Shown piece after piece: positions 28,488 to 39,532 of a DNA stretch of 64,000 nucleotides (positions are counted from its first letter, which is position 1; every line of letters begins with the position of its first letter). Under the pieces are notes generated by a model that saw only the letters and a list, made by a program, of their open reading frames with translations, made no database searches and was not told the origin of the DNA. The DNA is from Thermodesulfobacteriota bacterium. Lineage in GTDB: Bacteria; Desulfobacterota; Desulfobacteria; Desulfobacterales; SURF-7. The stretch is from positions 32,001-96,000 of the forward strand of contig JBMORA010000032.1 in the NCBI GenBank assembly GCA_049320885.1, in the 5' to 3' direction. The position numbers and the translations under genes are program-made.

Positions 28488-28976
28488 TCAATCCGTTTCC
28501 TCATTTGCTTTTCGTCCTGTTCGGGTCGCATTCTGTTTGGTCCCTTTTCCGGCGCATTCCGCCAGAAGGGATTTTTTCATTTCCAGGATATTGGTATCCC
28601 GGCAACGCCGATAATGCAGATGGTCCATCATGTGCTTCACCAGATGAAGCCCCATGCCGCCGATGGACCTTTCCGTCAAACCACAGCTCACATCCGGCGC
28701 TTCGCAACTCAGGGGGTTGAAGGGGATCCCATTGTCCTCGATTTTGATGGCCAGGTCGTCCCCTGAGCGGGACAGAGAGAAACGAACGGTTTTCTCCCCG
28801 CAATTTCCACAGCCATGGGAGATGATATTGGTAAAGAGTTCATCCAGGACCAGGTTGATCATCCATACCGCTTTGGGCGGCAACCCCGCCCGCCGGCCGA
28901 AACCGTGGAGCCTGCGTCTCAGACGCTCCAGTTCGTTCAATCGGCAATGTAAAGTGAATGTCCTGGAATAGTTCAT
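28488..28976 (-). CDS. Anti-sigma factor Ser kinase (RsbW/SpoIIAB-like HATPase)
   Basis: LDELFTNIISHG, IEDNG.PFNP, R.IGGMGLHLV..MMD. Start ATG 28976. Confidence 0.9.
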   Translation of the reverse strand: MNYSRTFTLHCRLNELERLRRRLHGFGRRAGLPPKAVWMINLVLDELFTNIISHGCGNCGEKTVRFSLSRSGDDLAIKIEDNGIPFNPLSCEAPDVSCGLTERSIGGMGLHLVKHMMDHLHYRRCRDTNILEMKKSLLAECAGKGTKQNATRTGRKANEETD

Positions 28977-28984
28977 ATTTTCCC

Positions 28985-29512
28985 TTACACGAGAATCGCC
29001 CCCATGCGGCCGATGCATTTCTCGCAGGCGTCGCCATGCTCCACCAGAAACCGCTCTTCCCAGGCCCGGATGCGATCGATCATCGCCTGGAGAACCTTCG
29101 GTTTCAATTCAGGAAACTGTTCCATCGCCAGGGTGAATTTTTCCCTGGTGATGATGAGGCACACCAGTTCCGACGTCGCTTTCAAGGTATACAGCTGCCT
29201 AAGTTTTCCCAATAACGCCAGTCCTCCCAGAAAAACCCCCGGACCGTATTCACGCACCTGTTTTTCCTTTCCGTCCACAGCCCGAAATATCCCCGCCTTT
29301 CCCGTAACGATATACATCCCCCGGTCGATATCCTCGTATTCATGAAACAGGACATCCCCTTCCCGGTATGCTTCCCGATTGCACAGATAGGCGAACACCT
29401 TGATCATCTCCATCGGCATTTGGGCGAAAAAGTTAATCTCCCGCAGAACACCCAGGTTCTCCTGGAATTCACAGGCTTCGCAAACATCATTTGTTACCGT
29501 GTACGAGTTCAT
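28985..29512 (-). CDS. Cyclic nucleotide-binding domain protein (no HTH)
   Basis: LREI.FF, Y.EGDVLF, YIV.G, G.FLGGLALL and LYTLKA motifs of the cNMP beta-roll. Confidence 0.8.
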   Translation of the reverse strand: MNSYTVTNDVCEACEFQENLGVLREINFFAQMPMEMIKVFAYLCNREAYREGDVLFHEYEDIDRGMYIVTGKAGIFRAVDGKEKQVREYGPGVFLGGLALLGKLRQLYTLKATSELVCLIITREKFTLAMEQFPELKPKVLQAMIDRIRAWEERFLVEHGDACEKCIGRMGAILV

Positions 29513-31994
29513 GGAGCACCCCGCGCTGATGAAGAAGTTGGTCGTACGTTCCCATTTCCACGATCTTCCCTGCCTTCATGACGGCTATTGTATCATAATT
29601 CCTCACAATGTCGAGCCGGTGGGCCACGGAAATCACCGTCGTGTTTCCCCGCAGGCGGGTTTCCAGCATGTTCTGAATCCGGGCCTGGGATTTGTTGTCC
29701 AGGGCCGCCGTGGCTTCGTCCATCAACAGGTATTTCGGTGATTTCAAAAGCACCCGGGCCACCGCCAGCTTTTGCCGCTGGCCGCCGGAAAGATTCTCGC
29801 CCTTGTTGCCCACCCGGTACTGCAGTCCGATGGCGATCATGGGTTCCAGCATGTCCTCTTCGATCAGCAGATGAACGATCTTTTGGCTGATTTTTTCCTG
29901 AACCCCGGGGGCATTGCTTTTGGGCTTGCCGAAAAGAATATTGCTGAGAATGGTCTGGGAGGGAAGATAGGTCGCTGGCTGAAAGGAAGAAAACGCCTCC
30001 GGATTCCGTTTCATCACGCTATCCCGGAACAAGGCGCGGCCTTCTAGAAGCTGCTTTGTTAAAGCGCCGGTCAGGGCCGCCATCTTGTGTTTCCCCGGGC
30101 AAAACCGCAAACCCAGCGCCAGCAGCATGCGCTTATCCGGTTCCGCCGCCTGGCGCGGCGGCGTATCCTTTACTCGCCCGATCAGCTCCTTGTAAGCCCC
30201 CAATTCGTCCGCCGCAATGGGACTCTGCTCAAAGAAGGCGGCTTCCGGAGGCAGATTTCCGAGGATATCCACCGTCCGCGCGGCAAGCCCGTAACCCAGG
30301 TTCAGCAGGGGCGAAAGCAGGCCCGCCTGTTCCAGAAATGCCACAAAATCATCTTGTTTTTCCAGCATCCAGGGATCAAAATCCGGCGAATGGGAGACGC
30401 CGAAAATAATGTTTTCCGCCACGCTTGAATAATACAGGTAATTTCCATCATGAAAAAACTCCACGTATTCGGCCAGACCCTGTCCAAAATCCTGTTGAAA
30501 ATGCTTCCGCATTCGGATCAGCAGTGACGCCATGTCACCGTGCCGCGCCCGGTCCAGCATGGCGTTCAAACCGAAATGCAGCACATCCACGAACAGACCG
30601 ACCTGCTGCAGAATCGCGATCATCCGATCCAGATTGGGCAGGGGGTTCTCCTCCCCCCCCCATCCGGCGGCCTTGCAGGCATACAACAGATTGTCCTCGA
30701 TGCTTCCGACGAAAATAAACGGGGCCTGGGAAATGATGCCGACGTTATCGACCACATCCTTTTTCGAAAGGTCGGCGACATCCCGGTCATCCAGCAGAAT
30801 CTGCCCCCCGGAATACCGGAACAGCTGGCCGATACACTGAACCAGCGTGCTTTTCCCGCTGCCGGAGAAACCGATCAGCGCCAGATGTTCCCCGGGCCGG
30901 AGATTCAGGGAAACGTCGTCCAGCAGCCGAACGCCGTCTTCCGTGGAAAAAGAAAGCCGGTTGATGTGTAAACGGCCTTCAAACCGGTATGGGGGCCGCT
31001 CCGGAGAGGTCAGCCGGAATTCCGGTTCACCCCGGAAATATTCCATGGTCCGGCGGTACCGCACGGAGGCGTCCTGGTACACCTGATAAAACTCGATCAA
31101 TTCCTTCCAGGGGTCGTACAATTTTTCCTGGGCGGATAAAAAGGCGACCAAAGCGCCCAATTCCAGGCGGCCGCGCATGGTCAGATAGCCGCCGAGCACA
31201 AAAACGACCAATGGTCCCAAACTGCTGAACAAATTATTCACGCTCTTGACGCCGAACAGGAACGCGTTCCAGACGATCCGGATTTTCTGCAGACGGACCA
31301 CCAGATCCCGGTATTTCCGGTTTTCCACGGTAAAAGCGCCGTTCCCCTGGATCTCCTGAATACCGCTGACGGATTCGGCGATCTTTCCGGAAAGATCCCG
31401 GGAGATATCCACCCGCCGCTTGTTTTGACGATTGGCTCCCTTTTGCAGCAGCGGCACCAGTACCAGCACGATGGGATAGATGGCCAGCGAAATGGCCCCG
31501 AGGAGCGGATTCAGCCACACCAGATAGCCGGCAAAGGCCATCAGGGTCAGGATATTGACGATGGGGGTGGCCAGGGCCATTCCGGCGAAATTACCCGCGG
31601 TGCTCAGCTCCGTCAGCAGAAAGGATACCACTGTCCCGGGCTGGGTTCTGCGGAAAAACGAAAGCGGAAGAACCAGGATGTGCTCGAACAGGGCCAGCCG
31701 CATTTCCCTCAGGGCCCGTTCGCCGATGACCGCTTGCAGCAGGTTGATCAGGTATTTGAGGCCGGTTGCGATGACGACGGCCGCCAGGTAAATCCCGCAG
31801 TAGATGGCCAGCAGCTCCATCTGGCGGAATTTGATGGCTTCGTTGACAATGCGTTTCTGCATTTCCAGCGGGATCACCCTGGCGAATACCGTGATCATGA
31901 TGATCAGCAGGAGCAACAGCTGCAGCCTCATATTCGAAGCAAAAGCCCATGATATCAATGATCTTTCCGTTACGGGAGGCTCTTTTTTTCCCAT
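29487..31994 (-). CDS. ABC exporter (TMD-NBD fusion) with a large insertion in the NBD
   Basis: 6-TM ABC_membrane domain; GFSGSGKST; Q-loop ISQAPF; LSGGQRQKL; LMDEATAALD; VAHRL. Confidence 0.9.
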   Translation of the reverse strand: MGKKEPPVTERSLISWAFASNMRLQLLLLLIIMITVFARVIPLEMQKRIVNEAIKFRQMELLAIYCGIYLAAVVIATGLKYLINLLQAVIGERALREMRLALFEHILVLPLSFFRRTQPGTVVSFLLTELSTAGNFAGMALATPIVNILTLMAFAGYLVWLNPLLGAISLAIYPIVLVLVPLLQKGANRQNKRRVDISRDLSGKIAESVSGIQEIQGNGAFTVENRKYRDLVVRLQKIRIVWNAFLFGVKSVNNLFSSLGPLVVFVLGGYLTMRGRLELGALVAFLSAQEKLYDPWKELIEFYQVYQDASVRYRRTMEYFRGEPEFRLTSPERPPYRFEGRLHINRLSFSTEDGVRLLDDVSLNLRPGEHLALIGFSGSGKSTLVQCIGQLFRYSGGQILLDDRDVADLSKKDVVDNVGIISQAPFIFVGSIEDNLLYACKAAGWGGEENPLPNLDRMIAILQQVGLFVDVLHFGLNAMLDRARHGDMASLLIRMRKHFQQDFGQGLAEYVEFFHDGNYLYYSSVAENIIFGVSHSPDFDPWMLEKQDDFVAFLEQAGLLSPLLNLGYGLAARTVDILGNLPPEAAFFEQSPIAADELGAYKELIGRVKDTPPRQAAEPDKRMLLALGLRFCPGKHKMAALTGALTKQLLEGRALFRDSVMKRNPEAFSSFQPATYLPSQTILSNILFGKPKSNAPGVQEKISQKIVHLLIEEDMLEPMIAIGLQYRVGNKGENLSGGQRQKLAVARVLLKSPKYLLMDEATAALDNKSQARIQNMLETRLRGNTTVISVAHRLDIVRNYDTIAVMKAGKIVEMGTYDQLLHQRGVLHELVHGNK

Positions 31995-32027
31995 GCGGGC
32001 AACCTCTCTGTTGGTGGAAATTTGTTT

Positions 32028-32054
32028 TTGACATTGTCCGCTGTTTGATACTAT
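32028..32054 (+). promoter_or_regulatory. Candidate sigma70 promoter for DUF2065-queA-tgt
   Basis: TTGACA (32028-33) and extended -10 TGaTACTAT (32046-54). The spacer is only 15 nt. Confidence 0.4.
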
Positions 32055-32087
32055 GGTTCAAATCTTTTGACAACCATGAGGCGTATG

Positions 32088-32276
32088 ATGGATTTTTTTC
32101 TTTGTGTCATCGGGATGGTCATGATCGTGGAGGGTCTCCCCTATTTTGCGTTCCCGGAAAAAATCAAGGCCTGGGTTCTTCGGATCGGTGAAATGCCGGA
32201 AAACGCCCTGCGCCGTTTCGGCTTCATATTGATGCTTGCGGGTCTGGGCCTGGTGTATCTCGGAAGGCATCCGTAA
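32088..32276 (+). CDS. DUF2065 small membrane protein
   Basis: G.V.IVEGLPYFAFP......LRRFG..L...GL pattern; GAGG RBS upstream. Confidence 0.8.
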   Translation: MDFFLCVIGMVMIVEGLPYFAFPEKIKAWVLRIGEMPENALRRFGFILMLAGLGLVYLGRHP

Positions 32277-32291
32277 CCATCGGAAGGCTGT

Positions 32292-33353
32292 ATGTTCGCT
32301 CTCTCGGATTATCATTATCATCTGCCGGAAGAATGCATCGCCCAGGCTCCCGCCGCCTCACGGGGAGCCTCCCGGCTGCTGTTTCTGGACCGCGCCGGCG
32401 GGAAAACGGCCCACCATCGCTTTGATGACATCACCCGGTTGCTCAAAACCGGAGATATCCTGGTGCTCAACGACACCCGGGTCGTTCCCGGGCGTCTCTT
32501 CGGCCGCAAGGATTCCGGCGGGATGGTGGAGGCGCTGCTGCTCGATTATGCCGGCGGAATGGAAAAATGGAAGGATCAAGGCGTATTTGAATGCCAGTGC
32601 CTGGTGCGGGCCTCCAAGGGTGTGAAGATCGGCGGCCGCATCCTCTTTGATGAAGGCCTGGAGGCCGTTGTCGCGGATCGCGCGGACAATCTGTACACCC
32701 TGCGCTTCTCGGCGCCGGCGCATTTCGGTGAGCTGCTGGATCGCATCGGTCATACCCCCCTGCCGCCGTATATCAAACGGAAACCGGGCGCGGAAGATCC
32801 CCGGGACCGGGATGCCTATCAAACGGTATATGCCTCCCGGAAAGGCGCCATTGCCGCCCCCACGGCCGGTCTGCATTTCAGCGACGCGCTGCTGGAAACC
32901 ATCCGGGCCATGGGGGTCAAGATCGCCGTCATCACCCTCCACGTGGGATACGGTACTTTCCTGCCGGTGCGGGAGGAGGATATCCGCCGGCATCGGATGC
33001 ATGCGGAACGATATGCGGTTTCCTCCCAGGCCGCCGAGGCCGTCAACGAAACCCGCAAACAGGGCGGGCGCGTCGTCGCCGTGGGTACCACGGCGGTGCG
33101 AACCCTGGAACACCTGGCCGATCCCGCCGGACATCTGTCGCCGGGAACCGGTCTCTGTGAGCTCTTCATCTATCCGGGATACCGCTTCCGGATCGTCGAC
33201 GCCATGGTCACCAATTTCCATCTGCCCCAATCGACGCTGCTGATGCTGGTTTCGGCCTTCGCCGGCCGGGACCTCGTTCTCCAGGTTTACACCGAAGCCG
33301 TTCGGCTGGGATATCGTTTTTTCAGCTATGGCGATGCCATGCTGATCGCCTGA
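32292..33353 (+). CDS. queA: S-adenosylmethionine:tRNA ribosyltransferase-isomerase
   Basis: LPEE.IAQ.P, NDTRV, PLPPYI, YQTVYA, AAPTAGLHF, LHVGYGTF, TNFHLP.STL, YRFFSYGDAM. Confidence 0.98.
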   Translation: MFALSDYHYHLPEECIAQAPAASRGASRLLFLDRAGGKTAHHRFDDITRLLKTGDILVLNDTRVVPGRLFGRKDSGGMVEALLLDYAGGMEKWKDQGVFECQCLVRASKGVKIGGRILFDEGLEAVVADRADNLYTLRFSAPAHFGELLDRIGHTPLPPYIKRKPGAEDPRDRDAYQTVYASRKGAIAAPTAGLHFSDALLETIRAMGVKIAVITLHVGYGTFLPVREEDIRRHRMHAERYAVSSQAAEAVNETRKQGGRVVAVGTTAVRTLEHLADPAGHLSPGTGLCELFIYPGYRFRIVDAMVTNFHLPQSTLLMLVSAFAGRDLVLQVYTEAVRLGYRFFSYGDAMLIA

Positions 33354-34526
<1,173 letters not shown>

Positions 34527-34658
34527 AAACGGTTCCCGCCGGAATCATTTTTTATGTTCCTAATGCGGAAAATATGGTAAACCGGTCTGGACAAAACGAC
34601 TTGAAACAAGATGAACCGATTTGAAAACCAATCGAACAAACGGCAAGGAGAATGGATC

Positions 34659-34880
34659 ATGAAAGAAAAAATTCAGGCGGCCCTCGACAAGATTCGTCCC
34701 ATGCTGCAGGCGGATGGCGGCGATGTGGAATTCATCGACGTGAAGGACGGAGTGGTGTCCGTCAAACTCCGGGGGGCCTGCGCCGGCTGTCCCATGTCCC
34801 AGATGACCCTGAAAAACGGCATTGAGCGGATGCTGAAGCAGGCGGTTCCGGAAATCAAAACCGTCGAAAATGTCGCCTGA
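34659..34880 (+). CDS. NifU C-terminal domain (NfuA-like) Fe-S carrier
   Basis: IRP.LQADGGDVE...L.GACAGCPMS..TLK.GIE. AGGAG RBS before ATG 34659. Confidence 0.93.
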   Translation: MKEKIQAALDKIRPMLQADGGDVEFIDVKDGVVSVKLRGACAGCPMSQMTLKNGIERMLKQAVPEIKTVENVA

Positions 34881-34922
34881 TCCGCGAATCGAAAAGAACA
34901 TAGCCGACCATAAGGAGAAGTC

Positions 34923-36128
34923 ATGACCATCTCAGCCAAGATGGAAACCTTTCTGACCAGCGCCTCCTGGATTCGCAAAATGTTCGAGGAAGGGGGCCGT
35001 TTGAAGGCCCTGCACGGCGCCGACAATGTGTTTGATTTCAGTCTGGGCAACCCCAATGTCCCGCCCCCGGATCAGTTCCGGGAGGTGTTGCGGGATACGG
35101 TGGACTCCTGCGGACTGGGCGATCACTGCTATATGCCCAACACCGGTTATCCCCAGGTCTGCAGCTCCGTGGCCGATTTCGTCTCCCGGGAGCAGAACAT
35201 TCCGATCTCGGCGGAAGACATCATCATGACCTGCGGCGCGGCGGGCGGCCTGAACGTCATTTTCAAGACGATTCTGGATCCGGGCGATGAGGTGGTCACG
35301 CCGGCCCCCTTCTTCGTCGAATACCGTTTTTACGCGGACAACCACGGCGGCCGGCTGGTCACCGTACCCACCGGACCGGATTTCAACCTGGACCTGGACG
35401 CCATGGCCGCGGCCGTCACGCCGAAAACCAAGGCCGTGCTGATCAATTCGCCCAACAATCCCACGGGAAAAGTCTACGACGCCGGGACATTAAGGCGCCT
35501 GAGCCGGCTATTGACCGAAAAGAGCCGTGAATTCGGGCGGACCATTTATCTCATCGCCGACGAACCCTACCGGAAAATCGTCTATGACAACGTCCGGGTT
35601 CCCAGTGTGTTCAGCGACTATCCCGACAGCATGGTGGTCACCTCCTACTCCAAGGATATTTCCATCCCCGGGGAACGCCTGGGGTATGTCGCCGTGCATC
35701 CCGAGGCGTCTCATAAGCAGCCCCTGCTGTCCGGCCTGACCCTGGCCAACCGGATACTGGGGTTTGTCAATGCACCGGCCCTCATGCAACGGGTGATCGC
35801 CGCGCTGCAAGGCGTCAGCGTCGATATTTCGGAATATGCCAGAAAACGCGACCTGCTCTGCGATGGTCTTGCCGCTTGCGGCTACGAATTCACCAGACCT
35901 TTGGGCGCATTCTATCTTTTCCCCAGGTCGCCGCTTGCGGACGATGTCCGTTTTGTCCGGTTGTTGCAGGAAGAATTGATCCTGACAGTGCCCGGCAGCG
36001 GATTCGGCGGCCCCGGACATTTCCGGATCGCTTTTTGCGTGGAAGACAAGACCATTGTCAATGCCCTGCCCGGATTCCGGCGCGCATTTGAAAAAGCCGC
36101 TGGAAATACAATCACGAGTGAAAAATGA
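34923..36128 (+). CDS. PLP-dependent aminotransferase class I/II (aspartate aminotransferase-like)
   Basis: [24 protein letters not shown]...PGERLGY. Confidence 0.93.
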   Translation: MTISAKMETFLTSASWIRKMFEEGGRLKALHGADNVFDFSLGNPNVPPPDQFREVLRDTVDSCGLGDHCYMPNTGYPQVCSSVADFVSREQNIPISAEDIIMTCGAAGGLNVIFKTILDPGDEVVTPAPFFVEYRFYADNHGGRLVTVPTGPDFNLDLDAMAAAVTPKTKAVLINSPNNPTGKVYDAGTLRRLSRLLTEKSREFGRTIYLIADEPYRKIVYDNVRVPSVFSDYPDSMVVTSYSKDISIPGERLGYVAVHPEASHKQPLLSGLTLANRILGFVNAPALMQRVIAALQGVSVDISEYARKRDLLCDGLAACGYEFTRPLGAFYLFPRSPLADDVRFVRLLQEELILTVPGSGFGGPGHFRIAFCVEDKTIVNALPGFRRAFEKAAGNTITSEK

Positions 36129-36145
36129 CGAATTACGAATGGAGG
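36125..36145. repeat. Short heptamer repeat copy
   Basis: atgacgaattacgaatggagg spans the aminotransferase stop and the mce RBS; same core as 273-293. Confidence 0.5.
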
Positions 36146-36151
36146 CATTCC

Positions 36152-36556
36152 ATGAAGATATTGAAGATCGATCACCTGGGAATCGCCGTCAACAGCATCG
36201 ACGAAGGCAAAAAATTCTGGACCGACATTCTCGGTCTGCATTTCGAGGGAACGGAAACCGTCGCTGAACAAAAAGTGACCACCGCTTTTTTCCCGGTGGG
36301 GGAAAGCGAAGTGGAACTCCTGGAGTCCACGGCGCCCGATGGCCCCATTGCCAAATACCTGGAAAAAAAGGGGGAAGGAATTCAGCATATCGCCTTCCGC
36401 GTGGACAATATCGAAGCCGCCCTGGCGGAACTCAAGGAGAAAGGCATCCGCCTGATCGATGAAAAACCCCGTAGGGGAGCCGGCGGCGCAAAAATCGCCT
36501 TTCTGCATCCCAAATCCACCAGCGGCGTGCTCGTGGAATTGTGTGAGCGCGGCTGA
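36152..36556 (+). CDS. mce: Methylmalonyl-CoA epimerase
   Basis: [46 protein letters not shown]. Confidence 0.93.
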   Translation: MKILKIDHLGIAVNSIDEGKKFWTDILGLHFEGTETVAEQKVTTAFFPVGESEVELLESTAPDGPIAKYLEKKGEGIQHIAFRVDNIEAALAELKEKGIRLIDEKPRRGAGGAKIAFLHPKSTSGVLVELCERG

Positions 36557-36558
36557 GG

Positions 36559-37197
36559 ATGTCCGGGATCAGACGAATCTGCGTCTTCTGCGGTTCCAGT
36601 CCGGGCTCCCGGCCGGAATACGGGGATGCGGCCGTTGAACTGGGCCGCACCCTGGCGGAGCAGGGCATCGGCCTTGTCTACGGGGGTGCCGATGTCGGCA
36701 CCATGGGGATTCTGGCCCATGCGGTGCTGGAAAACGGCGGCGAAGTGATCGGCGTCATCCCCAAGGCCCTGGTGGAAAAGGAGGTCGCCTTCACGGCGCT
36801 GGACGATCTGCGCATCGTGAATTCCATGCACGAACGCAAGGCGCTGATGGCCGAGCTGTCCGACGGCTTCATCGCCCTGCCGGGCGGTCTGGGCACCATC
36901 GAGGAGTTTGTGGAGTCCCTGACCTGGACCCAGCTGGGAATCCACCGGAAACCCTGCGGCCTGCTGGATGTCCGCGGATATTTTCAGCATCTGATCGCGT
37001 TTCTGGACCATATGACCGACCAGAAATTCCTGGTGCCGGCCCACCGCGAGATGGTGATCATCGATTCCGATCCGCAGACCCTGCTGGAAAAATTCGCCGG
37101 CTTCCAGCCGCCGGTGGTGGACAAGGCGGACTGGGCCATTCGGCTGAACAGCCGCGCCCCTCAGTCTCCGGACTTTTTGCCGAATAATTCGGGATAG
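36559..37197 (+). CDS. LOG-family nucleotide phosphoribohydrolase (TIGR00730-type)
   Basis: CVFCGSS, LVYGG, MHERKA.M, PGGLGTIEE. Confidence 0.93.
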   Translation: MSGIRRICVFCGSSPGSRPEYGDAAVELGRTLAEQGIGLVYGGADVGTMGILAHAVLENGGEVIGVIPKALVEKEVAFTALDDLRIVNSMHERKALMAELSDGFIALPGGLGTIEEFVESLTWTQLGIHRKPCGLLDVRGYFQHLIAFLDHMTDQKFLVPAHREMVIIDSDPQTLLEKFAGFQPPVVDKADWAIRLNSRAPQSPDFLPNNSG

Positions 37198-38288
37198 TGT
37201 TTTTTCTTGCATTCCGGACAGACCCCGTGGCTGAATTCGGCGTCCGTATATTTGGAAACATATTCCTCCACCTGGTTCCAGTAGCCCTTGTCATCCCGGA
37301 TCTGTTTGCAGAAGGAACAGATGGGAACGATTCCGCGCAGGGTTTCAATGCGCTTCTGGTAAGCGTTTATGGTCAGGCTGGTCAAGACCAGAATCACGAC
37401 GGTGATCACTGCGCACACGGCCAGGTTGATCAGCAGCGTGGTCAGAATGGTCCGCAACGCTTTTTCCTCGGCCTGCTCCACGAGCAGGTATAATCCGAAT
37501 TCTTCTATATACCGCGTATTCAGGTGAATCATCCTGCCCTGATTCTGGTACCGGAAGTAGGTCTCCTTGCCGGAGACAATTCGCTCCAGCAGCGGCGCCA
37601 GCCCCTCCACCTGGGAAATATGATGGGTGGTTGCGGGGAACTGCGAACCCGCCATCTTGATGGCCCCCGTTTGATCAATGAAATAGATATTGCGCTGGTA
37701 TTTCCGCTGATATTTCTCGATCAGACGCTTCACCGCGTTGACCGTCAGTCCCACCCCGGTGGCGCCGATATACTTACCGTCAAAATCGAACACGCGGTAA
37801 TTGATGAAAATGGTCATGGCGTCCTTGTTGGCCAGATCCGGGTCCATGTTGATCTCGTATTCGGTTTTCATGTCGCGGACCCGGAAATACCAGACATCCC
37901 GTTCCTCGGTTGCCGAAACGGTTTTCAGTATGCCTTCGGCATGGTAGTAGTTCCTGGTGCGTTCGGATACGAAAAAACTGGTGACGGTTCCGAAGCGGTC
38001 CTTGATTTCCCCCAGATAGCGGGTAATCTGCGCCACATCCTGTTCCCCCTGGATCACCCAATCCCGCAAAAACGTGTCCGATGCCATGAGGGAAGAGATG
38101 AAAATCGGACGCAATAAATCCCGCTGAATTTCCGAATAGAGGTTATCACTGGTCAACGGTAATGTGTTGCGGGTGATCTGGGAGCGCAGGGAGGCCCGGG
38201 ATGCGAAATAACTGGCCAGACTGGTCATGACAAAACCGGCGATCAGCAACATGCTGATGGCCGGGAGCAATTTTCGCTTTTTGTTCAT
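37161..38288 (-). CDS. Membrane sensor: 2 TM + Cache domain + C-terminal Cys/His motif domain
   Basis: TM1, periplasmic LPLTSDN..SEIQRDL...WYF...GATGVG, TM2, then PICSFCK.IRDD.GYW..VE.Y......FSHGVCPEC. Confidence 0.8.
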   Translation of the reverse strand: MNKKRKLLPAISMLLIAGFVMTSLASYFASRASLRSQITRNTLPLTSDNLYSEIQRDLLRPIFISSLMASDTFLRDWVIQGEQDVAQITRYLGEIKDRFGTVTSFFVSERTRNYYHAEGILKTVSATEERDVWYFRVRDMKTEYEINMDPDLANKDAMTIFINYRVFDFDGKYIGATGVGLTVNAVKRLIEKYQRKYQRNIYFIDQTGAIKMAGSQFPATTHHISQVEGLAPLLERIVSGKETYFRYQNQGRMIHLNTRYIEEFGLYLLVEQAEEKALRTILTTLLINLAVCAVITVVILVLTSLTINAYQKRIETLRGIVPICSFCKQIRDDKGYWNQVEEYVSKYTDAEFSHGVCPECKKKHYPELFGKKSGD

Positions 38289-38296
38289 GTTTTGTC

Positions 38297-39367
38297 CTAT
38301 TCCGGCCGGTAATCCGGCTCATTTCGGTTGACGATTTTCAGCTTGCGCCATTCAGACGCATTCTCGAAGGGAACAGTGCCGTCGTCGGTATCCCGCAGGA
38401 AATAATTTCCCCGACCATCCGTATAGGCATGGTTGTACATAGGCAGGTACTGGGTCTGGCCGGTTTCCGGATCACGGGTTTCGATCTGATCGGTGATCAC
38501 CTTGTAAAATTCCTCCTGGATATCGCTTCTGGTCTGGCTGCGATTCCGACTGATTTCCGCGTCGATCCGGTTCATTTCCTGAATGGTCTGGTGGTATTGC
38601 CGGGCCCGCTGGCTGGCCGCTTCGGCGGCGCGCCTGGCCCATTCCGGGTTCAGCCGGAAGGACCGGATGCAGAGCTCCATGATCCGCTCATCGCTTTTCC
38701 AGCGGGATTTGGGCGCCACCCAGCCGAAAGTGCCGACGGTGGACCAGATCAGGCCCTGGAGGTCGTAATTGATGGAATAGATGCGTCCGAAGCTGGGCCT
38801 TCCCTGGATGCCGCATTCGAAATTGACATACCCGTAATCGCAGCGGGTGGCGACTCTCGGCGCCCAGGACTGAAGTGTCGAATCCTTCACGACGCCGCCG
38901 GTGAGCCTGGGATTCTGAAACTCGGCGGCGGCGAATTGGCCGAAGACGATCTGCCGCACGTACTGGGCCACGTCCATGTACGGAAACAGCCAGCAACCGT
39001 TCATCACCTGGCCCGGCTGCATCTGCAGCATGCCGTAACTGGACTGGTAGAGGGTCCGGGGGTCCTGGAAATAGAAGCGCGGATACCAGCCGAAAAAGGA
39101 CTGGCCGTCCGGACTGGTCACCCGGAAGCGGATATTGTGCTCCACCAGATCCACGACATTCCACTCCACCCCGCTGGGCAGCATGCCCCCCTCGGCCCGC
39201 CAGCCTCTGGGGACGAGGATGAAAAACGCCTTCTGATATGGTTCCGTATAAACTGACAGATACACGCCCTGACGGGATGCCGCCGTTTCCGCCCGGCAGA
39301 AACCACCGGCGGCGATCAGCGGCAGCAGAAGCGACAGGCAGAACAGGTTTTTCCTGAATGCCGCCAT
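38297..39367 (-). CDS. Hypothetical exported protein
   Basis: AGGAGG RBS, signal peptide, F.ILVP.GW..EGG and a C-terminal Gln/Arg-rich helix. Confidence 0.75.
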   Translation of the reverse strand: MAAFRKNLFCLSLLLPLIAAGGFCRAETAASRQGVYLSVYTEPYQKAFFILVPRGWRAEGGMLPSGVEWNVVDLVEHNIRFRVTSPDGQSFFGWYPRFYFQDPRTLYQSSYGMLQMQPGQVMNGCWLFPYMDVAQYVRQIVFGQFAAAEFQNPRLTGGVVKDSTLQSWAPRVATRCDYGYVNFECGIQGRPSFGRIYSINYDLQGLIWSTVGTFGWVAPKSRWKSDERIMELCIRSFRLNPEWARRAAEAASQRARQYHQTIQEMNRIDAEISRNRSQTRSDIQEEFYKVITDQIETRDPETGQTQYLPMYNHAYTDGRGNYFLRDTDDGTVPFENASEWRKLKIVNRNEPDYRPE

Positions 39368-39532
39368 GGCGGCTCCTCCTTTTCTCTCCATTTTCAGCAT
39401 TCACCTGCGCGCAGAATTCTTTTCTATACAAAAACAAAAGAAAAATCCATCTTTATGACATGGAAAAAGCGATCCTGGATCAACTGGTGGATATCGAAGC
39501 TCATCAAGGCATTCAAGTGGAGAAGTGGATCG

